A stretch of 64,000 nucleotides of DNA from an uncultured Clostridia bacterium (GCA_964468725.1 CAYXVU010000002.1:993-64992); one strand, 5' to 3'; shown: positions 29,607 to 40,822, numbered from the stretch's first letter. Translations and numbers: made by a program. The notes: generated from the letters alone by a model not told the origin.

Positions 29607-30377
29607 ATGGTTTGTCCGTGTTGTGGCGGGAAACTGACTATCGAAGCGCGTATCTGTGAGTGCGGAGCGCGCTTTGTTGGAGAGCCGCTCATCAAACCTC
29701 ACACCCAAGTCAAACGATTCGGCCCGGTGATGTGGGCCTATACGATCTTCTTTGCTGTCCTTGCTGCCGCTCTGATCTTCACGAAATGGTTGGCGCTTGG
29801 TGCGGTCTTGGTATTGTGGACGGCAAGACGGGCGATGAACTTATCGCGTCAGAATGGTGAACTCTACGGCGGCTTGCGCGCGGCAACTGGTCTGTTATTG
29901 GTCACCGCTATTGCTGGAAGCGCAGCGGGCGGCTACGCCATTTCTTACATCCCGCGTTATCTGGATAACTACCAGGCTTATAAAGATGCGGTTGTCCTAT
30001 CAGAGATGCATCGAATTGCCGCGCGGCTGGAGGAGCACCGGCTTGCAGAAGGCACCTATCCGCCGGAGTCTGAGACCGGCGAGAAGATTTTAGGACAACC
30101 CATGCCGGTAGATTATTGGGGGAATCGCCTGAAGTATGAGCCGTTCACCGAATCCTATGCCGGAGCCTATCCTCCCAATTCCTATGAGAGAAATTTTTCT
30201 TTGGGATCGCAGAAAGTCGTTGGCATCAGAAAGACCAATAACCCCGTGCCGCTAACCAGCATCCCGATCAACAACTTCATTGTTCGCTCAGCCGGAGCTG
30301 ATGGGAAGTTCAATACTTCGGATGACATCGTCATGCGCGACGGCATCGTGATCTCCTCACTGGAGTTAAAGAAATAG
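29607..30377 (+). CDS. Membrane protein with an N-terminal zinc ribbon, two TM helices and a GspG/pseudopilin-like periplasmic domain
   Basis: CPCCG...CECG, then two TMs. EGTYPPES...DYWGNRLKYEP...SAGADGKFNTSDDIVM resembles the T2SS GspG C-domain. There is no GFTLIE prepilin leader. Confidence 0.45.
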   Translation: MVCPCCGGKLTIEARICECGARFVGEPLIKPHTQVKRFGPVMWAYTIFFAVLAAALIFTKWLALGAVLVLWTARRAMNLSRQNGELYGGLRAATGLLLVTAIAGSAAGGYAISYIPRYLDNYQAYKDAVVLSEMHRIAARLEEHRLAEGTYPPESETGEKILGQPMPVDYWGNRLKYEPFTESYAGAYPPNSYERNFSLGSQKVVGIRKTNNPVPLTSIPINNFIVRSAGADGKFNTSDDIVMRDGIVISSLELKK

Positions 30378-30435
30378 CGCGCAAGACCGGTCGCTTGATG
30401 AACGGGCGCGGTTTGGCGTCAACGAGAAGACAGAA

Positions 30436-30468
30436 ACGGGGCGGGCGTGACGGCTCGCCCCGTTTGAT
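30436..30468 (+). terminator. Rho-independent terminator candidate
   Basis: GC-rich hairpin ACGGGGCG-loop-CGCCCCGT followed by TTTGATT. Confidence 0.45.
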
Positions 30469-30566
30469 TCTATAAAGCAACAAAGCAGACGAAGAAGAGA
30501 CAAGGTGGATTAGGCGGGCAGGGCGCGCAGCCGGGTCGCCTCTCTTCAGGCAATCGAGATCGTCTT

Positions 30567-32084
30567 ATGTTTAAAAAAGTTCTCATCGCCAATCGCGGAG
30601 AGATTGCCGTTCGCATCGCCCGCGCCTGCCGCGAATTAGGGGTCTCGCCCGTTGCCGTCTACTCTGATGCCGACCGCGCGGCGCTGCATGTTCGCGTTGC
30701 CGACCAAGCCATTCATCTGGGCGCAGCGCCTTCGACGGAGAGTTACCTCTGTATTGAAAAGGTCATTGAGGCAGCCCGCCGCACGGGCGCGGAGGCCATT
30801 CATCCGGGCTACGGCTTTTTGAGCGAGAACGCCGACTTTGCCGAAGCCGTCGAACGTGCGGGGCTAATCCTGATCGGCCCTCCGGCAACAGCGATGCGAC
30901 AGATGGGGTCGAAGACCAGCGCGCGTCAGGCTGCTGCGTCTGCCGGTGCGCCAGTTGTACCCGGCACGACATCGCCGCTTGATACGGTCGGCGAAGCGCA
31001 ACGCATCGCCGCCGAAATCGGCTACCCGGTGATGCTCAAGGCCGCCGCAGGCGGTGGCGGCAAAGGGATGCGCTTGGTGCGGTCAGACGATGAGATGGTC
31101 AGCGCCTTTGTCATGGCGCGCTCGGAGGCCGAGTCGAGTTTCAAAGACCCTGCCGTCTACCTCGAAAAATTTATCGAACGCCCGCGTCACATCGAGATTC
31201 AACTGATCGGCGATCACCATGGCAATTTGGTCTATCTCGGCGAACGCGAATGCTCTTTGCAACGCCGCCATCAAAAGATTGTCGAAGAATGCCCATCGCC
31301 TGTTATTGACGAAGCCTTGCGCCGCCGCATGGGTGAGGCGGCGGTGCGCGTTGCACGCGCCGCCGGTTATGCCAACGCCGGAACCATCGAGTTTCTCGTT
31401 GATGAAGAGAAAAATTTCTACTTCCTTGAAATGAACACGCGCCTACAGGTCGAGCATCCGGTCACCGAACTAGTTACAGGCCGCGATCTGGTTCACGAGC
31501 AGCTACGGGTTGCCGCCGACGCGCGGCTCTCCTTTGCCCAAGACGACATTCAACTGCGGGGGGCAGCCATCGAATGCCGCGTCTATGCCGAAGACCCGTA
31601 CAACAATTTTCTGCCCAGTCCCGGACGCATTACCAAACTCAAATCGCCTGCCGGGCCGGGGGTGCGCGAAGACAGCGGCATCTACGAAGGTTGGGAGGTG
31701 CCGGTCTATTACGACTCGTTGCTTGCCAAACTGTGCGTATGGGCGGAGACGCGCGACTTGGCGATTGGGCGATTGGCGCGCGTGCTGGATGAATATGTCA
31801 TCGAAGGCATTCGCACTTCGCTGCCCTTCTTCCGCGCTATCGTCAATCACGAAAGCTTCCGGCGAGCGGATTTCGATACCGGCTTCATTGATCGAAACCT
31901 GACAACGTTGATGCAGACGGACGACCCAGGCGACGAAGCGCAGGCCAGGGAACTGGCCGACCTGGCTGCCATCGCCGCCGTGCTGCATGCCAAATCGCTT
32001 GCCGCGCATACGGTCGCACCGAGCCATCGCGAAGCCGAAAGCCGTTGGAAATTATCCGGGCGCTTGGCACAAAGAAGGTCGTAG
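30567..32084 (+). CDS. Biotin carboxylase subunit of an acyl-CoA carboxylase
   Basis: MFKKVLIANRGEIAVRI, the ATP-grasp motifs and the BC C-domain. Confidence 0.85.
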   Translation: MFKKVLIANRGEIAVRIARACRELGVSPVAVYSDADRAALHVRVADQAIHLGAAPSTESYLCIEKVIEAARRTGAEAIHPGYGFLSENADFAEAVERAGLILIGPPATAMRQMGSKTSARQAAASAGAPVVPGTTSPLDTVGEAQRIAAEIGYPVMLKAAAGGGGKGMRLVRSDDEMVSAFVMARSEAESSFKDPAVYLEKFIERPRHIEIQLIGDHHGNLVYLGERECSLQRRHQKIVEECPSPVIDEALRRRMGEAAVRVARAAGYANAGTIEFLVDEEKNFYFLEMNTRLQVEHPVTELVTGRDLVHEQLRVAADARLSFAQDDIQLRGAAIECRVYAEDPYNNFLPSPGRITKLKSPAGPGVREDSGIYEGWEVPVYYDSLLAKLCVWAETRDLAIGRLARVLDEYVIEGIRTSLPFFRAIVNHESFRRADFDTGFIDRNLTTLMQTDDPGDEAQARELADLAAIAAVLHAKSLAAHTVAPSHREAESRWKLSGRLAQRRS

Positions 32085-32151
32085 CCGTTAGCGGTCGAGT
32101 CTCGCTGACGCGGTCGTTTGCCGGTCGAGAGTGAATCGCTGAATTCGCACT

Positions 32152-32646
32152 ATGAAATACATTGCCGAAATCGAAGGGCATCAACTGAGCCTCGAACTGG
32201 ATGAGCGCGACACCAAGTTGCGCGGAACCGTCAACGACCGCTCGTATGAACTCCAAGTGCTATGCCCGGAAGCGGGCGTCTATCTCATCTTTTCGGGCGA
32301 GGAGGTTTATGAAGCGCGGGTATCATCGAGCGAACCTGGCAACTTCACTGTCCGGCTACGCGACCGTGTCTTTGCTGCGACGATCATTGATCGCAAACAT
32401 CGTCGTCACGGCGCGGACGCAAGCGAAGAGGGGCTAAAGACGCTGGTTGCGCCCATGCCCGGTAAAGTCGTGTGTCTCTTGCTCGGCGTCGGCGCGCCGG
32501 TCGAAGCCGGTCAAGGCGTTGTCGTCGTTGAAGCGATGAAGATGCAAAACGAGATCAAATCGCCGAAGTCGGGTCAGGTCATCGAGGTGCGCGTGCGAGA
32601 AGGCGACACCGTCAACGCTAATCAAGTTCTCGCTGTTGTCGAGTAA
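32152..32646 (+). CDS. Biotin carboxyl carrier protein (biotinyl domain)
   Basis: EAMKMQNEI biotin-attachment motif at the C-terminus. Confidence 0.75.
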   Translation: MKYIAEIEGHQLSLELDERDTKLRGTVNDRSYELQVLCPEAGVYLIFSGEEVYEARVSSSEPGNFTVRLRDRVFAATIIDRKHRRHGADASEEGLKTLVAPMPGKVVCLLLGVGAPVEAGQGVVVVEAMKMQNEIKSPKSGQVIEVRVREGDTVNANQVLAVVE

Positions 32647-32702
32647 CCGCGCGCAGTTATCAATACCGCGACGCGCAGACCGGTCTTTGCGGAGAAGAAG
32701 CG

Positions 32703-34298
32703 ATGCAACCGATCAAATCGCATATTGATAAAGCGTCAGAAGCCTACCAATCCAATTATCAAGCCAATGCCGCAAGCGTAGAGAGGCTGAAGGCCACACT
32801 GGCCAGCACTACGCAAGGCGGAGGCGAGTCTTACGTGAAACGCCATCTGGCCAAAGGCAAACTCTTGCCGCGTGAGCGCGTTGAGATGCTGCTTGACGAA
32901 GGCTCTTACTTTTTGGAGATCGCCCCGCTTGCCGGTATCGGCATGGAACGCGAGTTTCCCGGCGTCGGCGTCATCGGCGGCATCGGTCTGGTCGCCGGAC
33001 GCGAGTGCTTCATCACAGCCAACGAAGCGACGGTCAAAGGCGGCGCGGTCAGCGAAATCTGTCAGGTCAAGAATCGCCGCCTCGCAGACATCGTTGCCCA
33101 GAATCGTCTGCCTAGCATTTCGTTAGTCGAATCGGCGGGCGCTGACTTGCCCGTTCAAGCGAAAATCTTCGTGCCCGGCGGGCGCGGTTTTCGGGAGATC
33201 ACCCGACGCTCGAAAGAACGCATCCCCAGTATTGCCGTCGTCTTTGGCAACTCGACAGCCGGTGGCGCTTATCTGCCCGGCATGTCGGATTACGTGATTA
33301 TGGTCAAAAATCAGGCGCAGGTCTTTTTGGGCGGGCCGCCGCTGGTCAAGATGGCGACCGGCGAGATTGTTGACGAAGAGTCGCTCGGCGGCGCTGAGAT
33401 GCACTCGCGAGTGTCGGGACTATCGGACTATCTGGCCGAAGATGAATTGGATGGATTGCGACAGGCGCGTGATATCGTCAGCCATTTCGATGCTCCGCCT
33501 GCCAAACCGCGCCGTGCGCCGGTCGAAGAGCCGCTCTATGATGCGGATGAACTGCTCGGCATCGCAGCAGCGGATATTCGTGTCCCTTTCGAAGTGCGCG
33601 AAGTCATAGCGCGACTGGTTGATGGCTCGCGTTTCGATGAATTCAAAGCCAAATATGGCACAACCTTAGTGACTGGCTTTGCGCGTCTGCATGGCTTTTC
33701 GGTCGGCATATTGGCCAACAACGGCGTCTTGATCTCCGAATCGGCCAGCAAAGGCGCGCAGTTTATCCAGCTCTGCAATCAACAGAACATCCCGCTCATC
33801 TTTTTGCAAAACATCACAGGCTTTATGGTAGGCCGCAGCTATGAGGAGCAAGGCATCATTCGCAACGGGGCGAAGCTCATCAATGCAGTTTCGAATTCGA
33901 CGGTTCCGGCCCTTACCCTCATGATTGGCGGTTCGTACGGCGCAGGCAATTATGCCATGTGCGGACGCGCTTACGAGCCGCGTTTTCTCTTCACCTGGCC
34001 GAATCATCGCATCGCAGTGATGGGGCCGCAGCAGCTATCGGGGGTGATGGACATCATCAAACGCGAATCGGCGGCCAAGCAGGGACAAGCGGTTGATGAA
34101 GCGAAACTGACGATGATGAAGCAGGCATTGGAGCAGCAAATCGAATCCGAATCCGACCCCTATTTTGCTACGGCGCGTTTGTGGGATGATGGCATTATTG
34201 ACCCGCGTCAGACGCGCACAGTGCTGGCGATTTCATTGTCTGCCGCCTGCCATCGCCCTGTCGAAGGCAGCATGCAATGGGGCGTCTTCCGCCATTGA
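32703..34298 (+). CDS. Acyl-CoA carboxylase carboxyltransferase subunit (PccB/MccB family)
   Basis: Paired N- and C-carboxyltransferase domains, and the [15 protein letters not shown] start region typical of this family. Confidence 0.75.
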   Translation: MQPIKSHIDKASEAYQSNYQANAASVERLKATLASTTQGGGESYVKRHLAKGKLLPRERVEMLLDEGSYFLEIAPLAGIGMEREFPGVGVIGGIGLVAGRECFITANEATVKGGAVSEICQVKNRRLADIVAQNRLPSISLVESAGADLPVQAKIFVPGGRGFREITRRSKERIPSIAVVFGNSTAGGAYLPGMSDYVIMVKNQAQVFLGGPPLVKMATGEIVDEESLGGAEMHSRVSGLSDYLAEDELDGLRQARDIVSHFDAPPAKPRRAPVEEPLYDADELLGIAAADIRVPFEVREVIARLVDGSRFDEFKAKYGTTLVTGFARLHGFSVGILANNGVLISESASKGAQFIQLCNQQNIPLIFLQNITGFMVGRSYEEQGIIRNGAKLINAVSNSTVPALTLMIGGSYGAGNYAMCGRAYEPRFLFTWPNHRIAVMGPQQLSGVMDIIKRESAAKQGQAVDEAKLTMMKQALEQQIESESDPYFATARLWDDGIIDPRQTRTVLAISLSAACHRPVEGSMQWGVFRH

Positions 34299-34729
34299 AG
34301 AGAAGTTGCGACTCCATTCGTCCCTTCCTTACCTATCACTCAAATTATCCCCGCAGCTTAGCAACAAAAGATTGCCCGGTTCAGTAATTCCCGGTCAGAG
34401 GCAGGGCTTTCGGGCAGGGCTCAAGCAGCAACTCTTCTGCCCGGCGATTTTCTTAGGCTGAGGCTTTGCAGAGGTTGAAGGGAGGAAAGATAGCAAAATG
34501 CAAAAACTCTGGCGACCGCTTGGCTTGTCTTCTTCCTTTACAGCCTCACCGAGAATCGCTGCCGATTCGCTTGTCCATAGCGCAATAGCACAAAGAATCC
34601 GTGCTCTGACGGCGGCAAAGTTTAAGGCTTTCGCCGGAACGTGGATGCGTGCTCACCGTCAGAGCAGGCTTCTTCATAGCCATACGCGCAGACGCGGCGA
34701 CGATTGAATCAGTGACCCGGCAGTTTTTC

Positions 34730-34775
34730 TGCAAAGAAAAAGCAGAGCCGCTGCGGGTTGCCAGCGACTCTGCCT
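34730..34775 (-). terminator. Rho-independent terminator for the TPR gene on the minus strand
   Basis: On the minus strand the hairpin GCAGAGTCGCTGG-loop-CAGCGGCTCTGC is followed by TTTTTCTTT. Confidence 0.5.
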
Positions 34776-34804
34776 GAAATTTTCGAAGGCGATGCACAAT
34801 GCCC

Positions 34805-36094
34805 CTAGCTGGCGAGCTTCTTCTTGGCTGCCATATAGGTCAAGGCGCGCTCGATAGAGATAGTATTGACCGCCACAACCTCTTCGTAGAGTTTGTGGGC
34901 GTTGGTTTGATCGCCCAGTCCTTCATAGGCGCGTGCCAAGAGGAATTTATGGAAGGGGTCGGTCATATCGGCCTGTTTGAGGTGTTCGACCGCTTTGGCA
35001 TAGTCCTTGTCTTCGAGCTTCAAATACCCGGCGATGTAATGGTAGGACGGCCAGAATTGCTTGCCTGCTTCGCCGCCGGTTTCAATCATCTGTTTGATGG
35101 TGTCGGCTTCTTTCCAAGCTTCTTCGCGTTTGCCCATCTTGGCCAGTGCGCGCCCGCGCCCGTGATGCAAGCGTCCCAGCCAAGGCAATTTTTGATCTTC
35201 CGGCAAGGAGCTATTCTTCACCGTCTCGTAGCCTTTCTCATAGAGCGTGATGGCCTCCGCCGGATTGCCATGTTCGAGTTTGACGCGCGCCATAGCATTC
35301 CAGATGAAGACGGCGGGGAAGCCTTGTGGTCCGCCGCTGCTATTATAGGCGTCCAGATATTGGCTCAACACTTTGTAGGCCTCGTCGGGTTTGCCTTCGT
35401 ACAGAAAGGTATGCGCCAGTCCGTTGTAAGGGCCAAAGGGCGCAACTCCACCTGTCGGGCTTTTACTGAGTGAGGATTTGAAGTGATCGCGCGCTTTGCC
35501 GTACTCGCCGCGCAGCAACAGAGCGTTGCCGAGAAAGGAATGAACGCGCGCCGTACTGCCATCGAGTTTCATCGCTTTTTCAAACGACGCTTGCGCTTCG
35601 GCAACCTTGCCCTGATTCATATAGGCCTGACCGAGCATCATTTTGATCATGCGCTCTTCGGGGTACTGCTTTTCGAGATCGAGAAACATCTTGATGGCTT
35701 CATCCGTTTTTTGTGTGCGTACCAGCACCACAGCATCAATGTAAAGGCGTTCGCCATCGGAAGCCTTTTTAGCCAATTCGATGGCTTTTCGCATGTGCTC
35801 CTGATTAGCGGGCGGCGGCGTGAAGGTGCCGACCAGATAGTGTGCAAAAGCGAATTCCGGGTCAGCGGCTACAGCCTTTTGAGCGACCTCCAGCATCGCG
35901 GGCGTTCCGCCTTGAAAATTTTCGATGCCGCGAATGGCTTGTTCAACCAACTGCACGGCCTCTTTCGATTTCGTGGTGAAGGTGATCTTTTTGCCGTTGG
36001 GATTGTTCGCCGCCGCCGACTGAACGGCCAAAGCGACGAGCAAAGCCAGTGCGCTTGTAGCGAATTGGAAAGTACGTCTAGGTTTCATTCGCAA
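34805..36094 (-). CDS. Secreted TPR-repeat protein
   Basis: A signal peptide, and multiple TPR-like A/Y/G/L-patterned repeats. Confidence 0.65.
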   Translation of the reverse strand: MRMKPRRTFQFATSALALLVALAVQSAAANNPNGKKITFTTKSKEAVQLVEQAIRGIENFQGGTPAMLEVAQKAVAADPEFAFAHYLVGTFTPPPANQEHMRKAIELAKKASDGERLYIDAVVLVRTQKTDEAIKMFLDLEKQYPEERMIKMMLGQAYMNQGKVAEAQASFEKAMKLDGSTARVHSFLGNALLLRGEYGKARDHFKSSLSKSPTGGVAPFGPYNGLAHTFLYEGKPDEAYKVLSQYLDAYNSSGGPQGFPAVFIWNAMARVKLEHGNPAEAITLYEKGYETVKNSSLPEDQKLPWLGRLHHGRGRALAKMGKREEAWKEADTIKQMIETGGEAGKQFWPSYHYIAGYLKLEDKDYAKAVEHLKQADMTDPFHKFLLARAYEGLGDQTNAHKLYEEVVAVNTISIERALTYMAAKKKLAS

Positions 36095-36307
36095 CTCCTC
36101 ATTGGATTGGTTTAGCTGACCGCAGTCAGCAAGACGAAAGGGTTTGCCATTGATTGCGACGCTTCGATCCGAGCCTCTCTAGGTCGTCGCGATAGACAAC
36201 TGTGCAAAGGATGAAAACTGAAATCATTGCACGAAATTATCAGAACGATGATTCTACGAGAATGGTTGCGGCAAGGCATCAGGCAAAGGGCGGTTTTTAC
36301 CGAATGA

Positions 36308-37435
36308 TTACATCTTTTGCTTTTCGGGTACAATTGCCAAATCCGAAGAATTGAACGCAAAACCGACGAACACCGGTTCGGGCCTCAACTCGACGCCAAA
36401 GGCATCCCTGACCCGCGCTTTGATCTCGTCGGCCAGTTCGAGCACCTCGCGCGCCGTCGCGCCGCCGCGATTGGTCAGCGCCAACGCGTGTTTGTGGGAG
36501 ATGCCGACCGCGCCGCGTTGGGTGCCGCGCCGCAGACCCGCTTGTTCAATCAACCACGCAGCCGATAGCTTCACCTTACCTTCTGATGTGGCAAAGCTCG
36601 GCAGCTTGTCTCTCTCAGCCCCGTAAGCTGCGCGCATCTTGATTGCTTCCAACTCCGCTTGCGTCACCACCGGATTGATGAAAAACGAACCGACGCTGCG
36701 CGAGTCCGCATCGCTTGCGTCAATCACCATCGCTTTGCGACGGCGAATGGCAATGACCGCTTCGCGCACTTGCGCCGCTGTCGGATGAGTGACGCCACAG
36801 CGCGCTAGTTCAGCTTCCAATTCAGCATAGCGAAGTTGCGGCTCGCCGCCGACGCGCAAGCGATAGGTGACCTGGGTAATGATGAAACGGTCGCGGTCGG
36901 TGGTCTTAAACCGGCTGGTGCGATAGCCGAAGTCGCATTCGGCGTTGTTCAAGGTCACCAGTTGGCGGGATAACAGGTCGAAAGCTTCCAGCCGCACCAG
37001 CGTCTCGCTGGTCTCCTGACCGTACGCGCCGACGTTTTGCATCGGAGTTGCGCCAACGTATCCCGGAATGCCGGACAGACATTCGACGCCCGCCCAATTT
37101 TGCGTTGCACAGATCGTCACCAGATCATCCCACACTTCGCCCGCGCCTGCCGAAACGATGGCCGCCTCCGATTCGATGCGCGTTTCGATGCCGCGAATTC
37201 GCATATGCAGCACCAGTCCGGCAAAGCCGCTGTCGGCGACAACGATATTGCTGCCGCCGCCGAGTATGAAGATCGGCAAGGCGCGCGATTGCGCCCACTC
37301 AACCCCTGCGCGCAAGCCATCTGCGTTGGCCACTTCGCCAAAATATCGCGCTGCCCCGCCGACGCCGAGCGTCGTAAATGGCGCGAGCGGCACGTTCTCT
37401 TTTATGTTCAATATTGAGGCAGCACGGTCAGACAA
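36308..37435 (-). CDS. murB: UDP-N-acetylenolpyruvoylglucosamine reductase MurB (with C-terminal extension)
   Basis: FAD-binding N-terminus LAPFTTLGVGGAARYF, and the MurB C-domain. Confidence 0.75.
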   Translation of the reverse strand: MSDRAASILNIKENVPLAPFTTLGVGGAARYFGEVANADGLRAGVEWAQSRALPIFILGGGSNIVVADSGFAGLVLHMRIRGIETRIESEAAIVSAGAGEVWDDLVTICATQNWAGVECLSGIPGYVGATPMQNVGAYGQETSETLVRLEAFDLLSRQLVTLNNAECDFGYRTSRFKTTDRDRFIITQVTYRLRVGGEPQLRYAELEAELARCGVTHPTAAQVREAVIAIRRRKAMVIDASDADSRSVGSFFINPVVTQAELEAIKMRAAYGAERDKLPSFATSEGKVKLSAAWLIEQAGLRRGTQRGAVGISHKHALALTNRGGATAREVLELADEIKARVRDAFGVELRPEPVFVGFAFNSSDLAIVPEKQKM

Positions 37436-37588
37436 AGAATACTCTCTTTCTCGGTTTTCGTTAGCCTACACGGCTTGACTCGTCAACGTCCAGAACTGAA
37501 GCGATCACCTTGTCGTTCGACGGACAGCATAGTAGGATGCGTAGCAGGCAACCGACAAAAAAGTTTAACCACCAGGACAACCGATTCG

Positions 37589-38554
37589 ATGAACCAAAAT
37601 GAGCAACGGAATCGAGCGCCTTCGGCCTCGTCGCCGGTGGCCTTGCGCTGCCAAGGATTGGTCAAACGTTACCCCGATGTCGTCGCCGTCAATGGGTTGG
37701 ATTTAGAGATTCAGGCGGGCGAGTGCTTCGGCCTGTTGGGGCCGAACGGCGCGGGCAAGACAACAACCGTTGAAATCCTCGAAGGTCTGACGCCCGCCGA
37801 TGAAGGGTTGGTCGAAGTTCTCGGCCAACACTGGGGCACAGCCAACGATAACGTGCTGCGCCAACGGCTCGGCGTGCAATTGCAAGAGACGCAACTTTCC
37901 GAAAAGGTCACCGTCGAAGAGACCCTACGCCTCTTTCGCAGTTTCTACAAACGCGGCCATGCGGTAGACGATGTGATTCGCAAAGTCGAACTCGAAGAGA
38001 AGCGCAGTGCCTTTGTCGGTAAACTGTCGGGCGGGCAGAAGCAACGCCTCGCCGTCGCCTGCGCCTTGGTCAACGACCCGGACTTACTCTTTCTTGATGA
38101 ACCGACGACCGGGCTTGACCCGCAAGCGCGATTGAAATTGTGGGAGATCGTCGAGCACTTCCGCGAAGAGGGCGGCACCATTCTGCTGACTACGCATTAC
38201 ATGGAAGAGGCGACGCGACTCTGCGACCGCGTCGCCATCGTGGATCACGGCAAGCGCATTGCGCTGGGCACGCCCGCCGATTTGATCGCCTCGCTCGGCG
38301 CGGATCAGATCGTCGAATTCAGCGTCAACGGCGCTGTGCAAGAAGAGCGGCTCGCCCAACTGGCCGGGGTGCGCAGCGTGCGTGAGCGCAATGGCGGATA
38401 CTCGCTCACGGTGACGGAGATCGGCTTGGCCTTGCCCGCTCTGCTGGCTGAAATTCAAGGCGAGCAGGCCGAATTGGTGACTCTGACGACACATCAGGCG
38501 ACGCTCGAAGATGTCTTCGTCAGCCTGACCGGGAGGATGCTACGAGATGGCTGA
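37589..38554 (+). CDS. ABC-2 type transporter ATP-binding protein
   Basis: GPNGAGKTTT, LSGGQKQRL and LLFLDEPTTGLD. The start was reassigned to MNQNEQ. Confidence 0.75.
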   Translation: MNQNEQRNRAPSASSPVALRCQGLVKRYPDVVAVNGLDLEIQAGECFGLLGPNGAGKTTTVEILEGLTPADEGLVEVLGQHWGTANDNVLRQRLGVQLQETQLSEKVTVEETLRLFRSFYKRGHAVDDVIRKVELEEKRSAFVGKLSGGQKQRLAVACALVNDPDLLFLDEPTTGLDPQARLKLWEIVEHFREEGGTILLTTHYMEEATRLCDRVAIVDHGKRIALGTPADLIASLGADQIVEFSVNGAVQEERLAQLAGVRSVRERNGGYSLTVTEIGLALPALLAEIQGEQAELVTLTTHQATLEDVFVSLTGRMLRDG

Positions 38555-39695
38555 AGCGCAAAAAGATTTTCTCATTGACGCCAGTAAGAGCGCGGAAAGA
38601 GAGCGGCGCAACACGGTGGGCGGCGATACCGGAGATGCGCGACTCAATCCGCTTGTTGAATTGACGCTGACGCGCATGCGCGAATTTTTGCGGCAGAAAG
38701 AGGCCGTCTTCTGGGTCTTCGTCTTTCCTGTCCTGCTTGCTTGCGCGCTCGGCATCGCTTTTCGCAACACCGCGCCGGAGGCCATCCCCATCGCGCTCGA
38801 AAGCAGCGGCGCGACGGCGGAGCTTGCTGAGTCGTTATCGCGTTCGGATAATCTGCGCGTGTTGGTGATGTCGGAGGCCGAAGCCGCACAAGCCCTGCGC
38901 ACCGGCAAGGTCGCCATCGTCATTCAGCCTCATCAAGCTTCAGAGGGAGCAACGCCGATGTCGAGCTTCGATTATCGCTATGACCCCACGCGACCCGACA
39001 GCCGCCTGGCGCGACTGGTCGTTGATGATGCCGTGCAACGCTCGCTCGGCAGAAACGATGTTGCCGAAGTCAAAGACAAGACTGTCACCGAGACCGGCGC
39101 TCGCTACATTGATTTTCTGATTCCCGGACTGGTGGGCTTGAATCTGATGGGCAGCGGCATGTGGGGGTTGGGATTCGTCGTCGTCGAATCGCGCATTAAG
39201 AAGCTGCTCAAACGTTTTGCGGCAACGCCGATGCGCCGGTCACACTACTTGTTGTCGTTCATGCTCTCGCGGCTCCTGTTTCTCGCCTTCGAAGTCGCCG
39301 CCGTACTGATCTTTGCGTGGCTAGTCTTCGATGTGCGCGTGCACGGCTCGATTCTCAACGTCGCCGTCGTGTCGTTGGTCGGAGCGGTTGCCTTTGCCGG
39401 ATTAGGGTTGCTCGTCGCGGCGCGACCGAAAACCATCGAAGGCGTATCTGGATTGATGAATCTGGTGATGATGCCCATGTGGTTGTTATCGGGAACCTTT
39501 TTCGCGGCGGCCAGATTTCCTGACGCCTTGCAACCGTTCATCAAAGCGTTGCCGCTCACGGCGCTCAACGATTCGTTGCGTTCGGTTATCAGCGATGGCG
39601 CGGGGATCGGAGCCAACCTTGCGCCGCTCGGCGTGATGCTGGTGTGGGGCATAGTCTGTTTTTTCATCGCCTTGAAAATTTTCCGCTGGCAATAA
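38547..39695 (+). CDS. ABC-2 type transporter permease
   Basis: It overlaps the ATPase stop, and it is multi-TM. Confidence 0.65.
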   Translation: MAEAQKDFLIDASKSAERERRNTVGGDTGDARLNPLVELTLTRMREFLRQKEAVFWVFVFPVLLACALGIAFRNTAPEAIPIALESSGATAELAESLSRSDNLRVLVMSEAEAAQALRTGKVAIVIQPHQASEGATPMSSFDYRYDPTRPDSRLARLVVDDAVQRSLGRNDVAEVKDKTVTETGARYIDFLIPGLVGLNLMGSGMWGLGFVVVESRIKKLLKRFAATPMRRSHYLLSFMLSRLLFLAFEVAAVLIFAWLVFDVRVHGSILNVAVVSLVGAVAFAGLGLLVAARPKTIEGVSGLMNLVMMPMWLLSGTFFAAARFPDALQPFIKALPLTALNDSLRSVISDGAGIGANLAPLGVMLVWGIVCFFIALKIFRWQ

Positions 39696-39760
39696 CGACT
39701 GTCCGTTGCGTGCTGCGGTAACCAGTTGCGCGCCAGATCAACAGACAAAGAAGCAGGTCT

Positions 39761-40435
39761 ATGAAGATCAACCTGACTGATAATCAAAGTGTGACGGCGA
39801 CGATCTATCCGGCAGCGGCGCGCAAGCGGTTGCGCGTCACTCTGCTGCTCGGACACGGCGCGGGAGCCGATCAGAAGAGCGCGTTTATGGTGAGCTTCGC
39901 AACCGAACTGGCCGCGCGCGGCGTTGATACGGTGACCTTCAACTTTCTCTACACCGAACAAGGACGCAATGCGCCCGATACCAAATCTCGACTTGAAGCC
40001 TGCTATCACGCGGCCATCGCCGCTGTGCGCAAGCACAAGCGGCTCGGCGGCAATCGCTTGGCAATTGGCGGCAAGTCTATGGGCGGACGCATCGCTTCAC
40101 AAGTTGCAGCAGAGGAGGCAAGCGGACTCTGCGGCTTGGTCTTTTTAGGTTACCCGCTGCACCCGCCCGGCAAACCCGAACAGCTTCGCATCGAGCATCT
40201 GCCGCGCATCGCTGCGCCGATGCTCTTCCTACAAGGCACGCGCGACCCTTTTGGTACGCCCGCCGAATTCAAGCCCATTCTCAAAAAGCTCAAAGGCAGA
40301 GCCACGCTTTACGCCATCGAAGACGGCGACCATTCCTTTACGGTTCTCAAGCGTTCGCAGAAATCGCAAGCCCAAGTCTACAGCGACGCGCAGGAGGAAA
40401 TCGTCCGTTGGCTTTCACAAACCGCCTGCGGATGA
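39761..40435 (+). CDS. Alpha/beta-hydrolase fold protein (small predicted hydrolase)
   Basis: Nucleophile elbow GKSMGGR, plus downstream D and H. Confidence 0.55.
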   Translation: MKINLTDNQSVTATIYPAAARKRLRVTLLLGHGAGADQKSAFMVSFATELAARGVDTVTFNFLYTEQGRNAPDTKSRLEACYHAAIAAVRKHKRLGGNRLAIGGKSMGGRIASQVAAEEASGLCGLVFLGYPLHPPGKPEQLRIEHLPRIAAPMLFLQGTRDPFGTPAEFKPILKKLKGRATLYAIEDGDHSFTVLKRSQKSQAQVYSDAQEEIVRWLSQTACG

Positions 40436-40447
40436 GGAACGAAGCAT

Positions 40448-40822
40448 ATGAGATTCAGTCGGTATCTGGCGCTCATTTTCGGTCTGTTGCTGCCGGTTGC
40501 GGAGACCATTCGGCGGTGGCACACCTGGCAAGAGTATCCGCCTGCGCTTTTCGATGATTATCTGATCGGCGCATTTCTCCTGTACGGCGCATGGCGTTGC
40601 CGACGCAATCTGCGCGACGGTCAGAAGTATCTGGCTGCCGCGTTGGCATTCGGCTGTGGCATGGGGTACATGAGTTTTTTCGGCCATCTGAAAAACCTCG
40701 ACGCGCCAGACCCTGCGCCCGTTCCGCATCTTTGGGTGACTGCCGTTATCGGCATCGGCTGGGGGTTGATGATTGCGGCGCTCATTCAAAGCCTCAAGCG
40801 ATTGCCGGAAAAGATCGCATAA
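40448..40822 (+). CDS. Small integral membrane protein
   Basis: Four hydrophobic segments. Confidence 0.4.
   Translation: MRFSRYLALIFGLLLPVAETIRRWHTWQEYPPALFDDYLIGAFLLYGAWRCRRNLRDGQKYLAAALAFGCGMGYMSFFGHLKNLDAPDPAPVPHLWVTAVIGIGWGLMIAALIQSLKRLPEKIA

Noticed and set aside
30567-30590. The 11-mer AAAAAAGTTCT recurring at three gene starts (30567, 44085 and 48921)
   Set aside because: It reflects a shared N-terminal peptide M-F/K-K-K-V-L encoded by the same codons. It was judged coincidental rather than a regulatory element.
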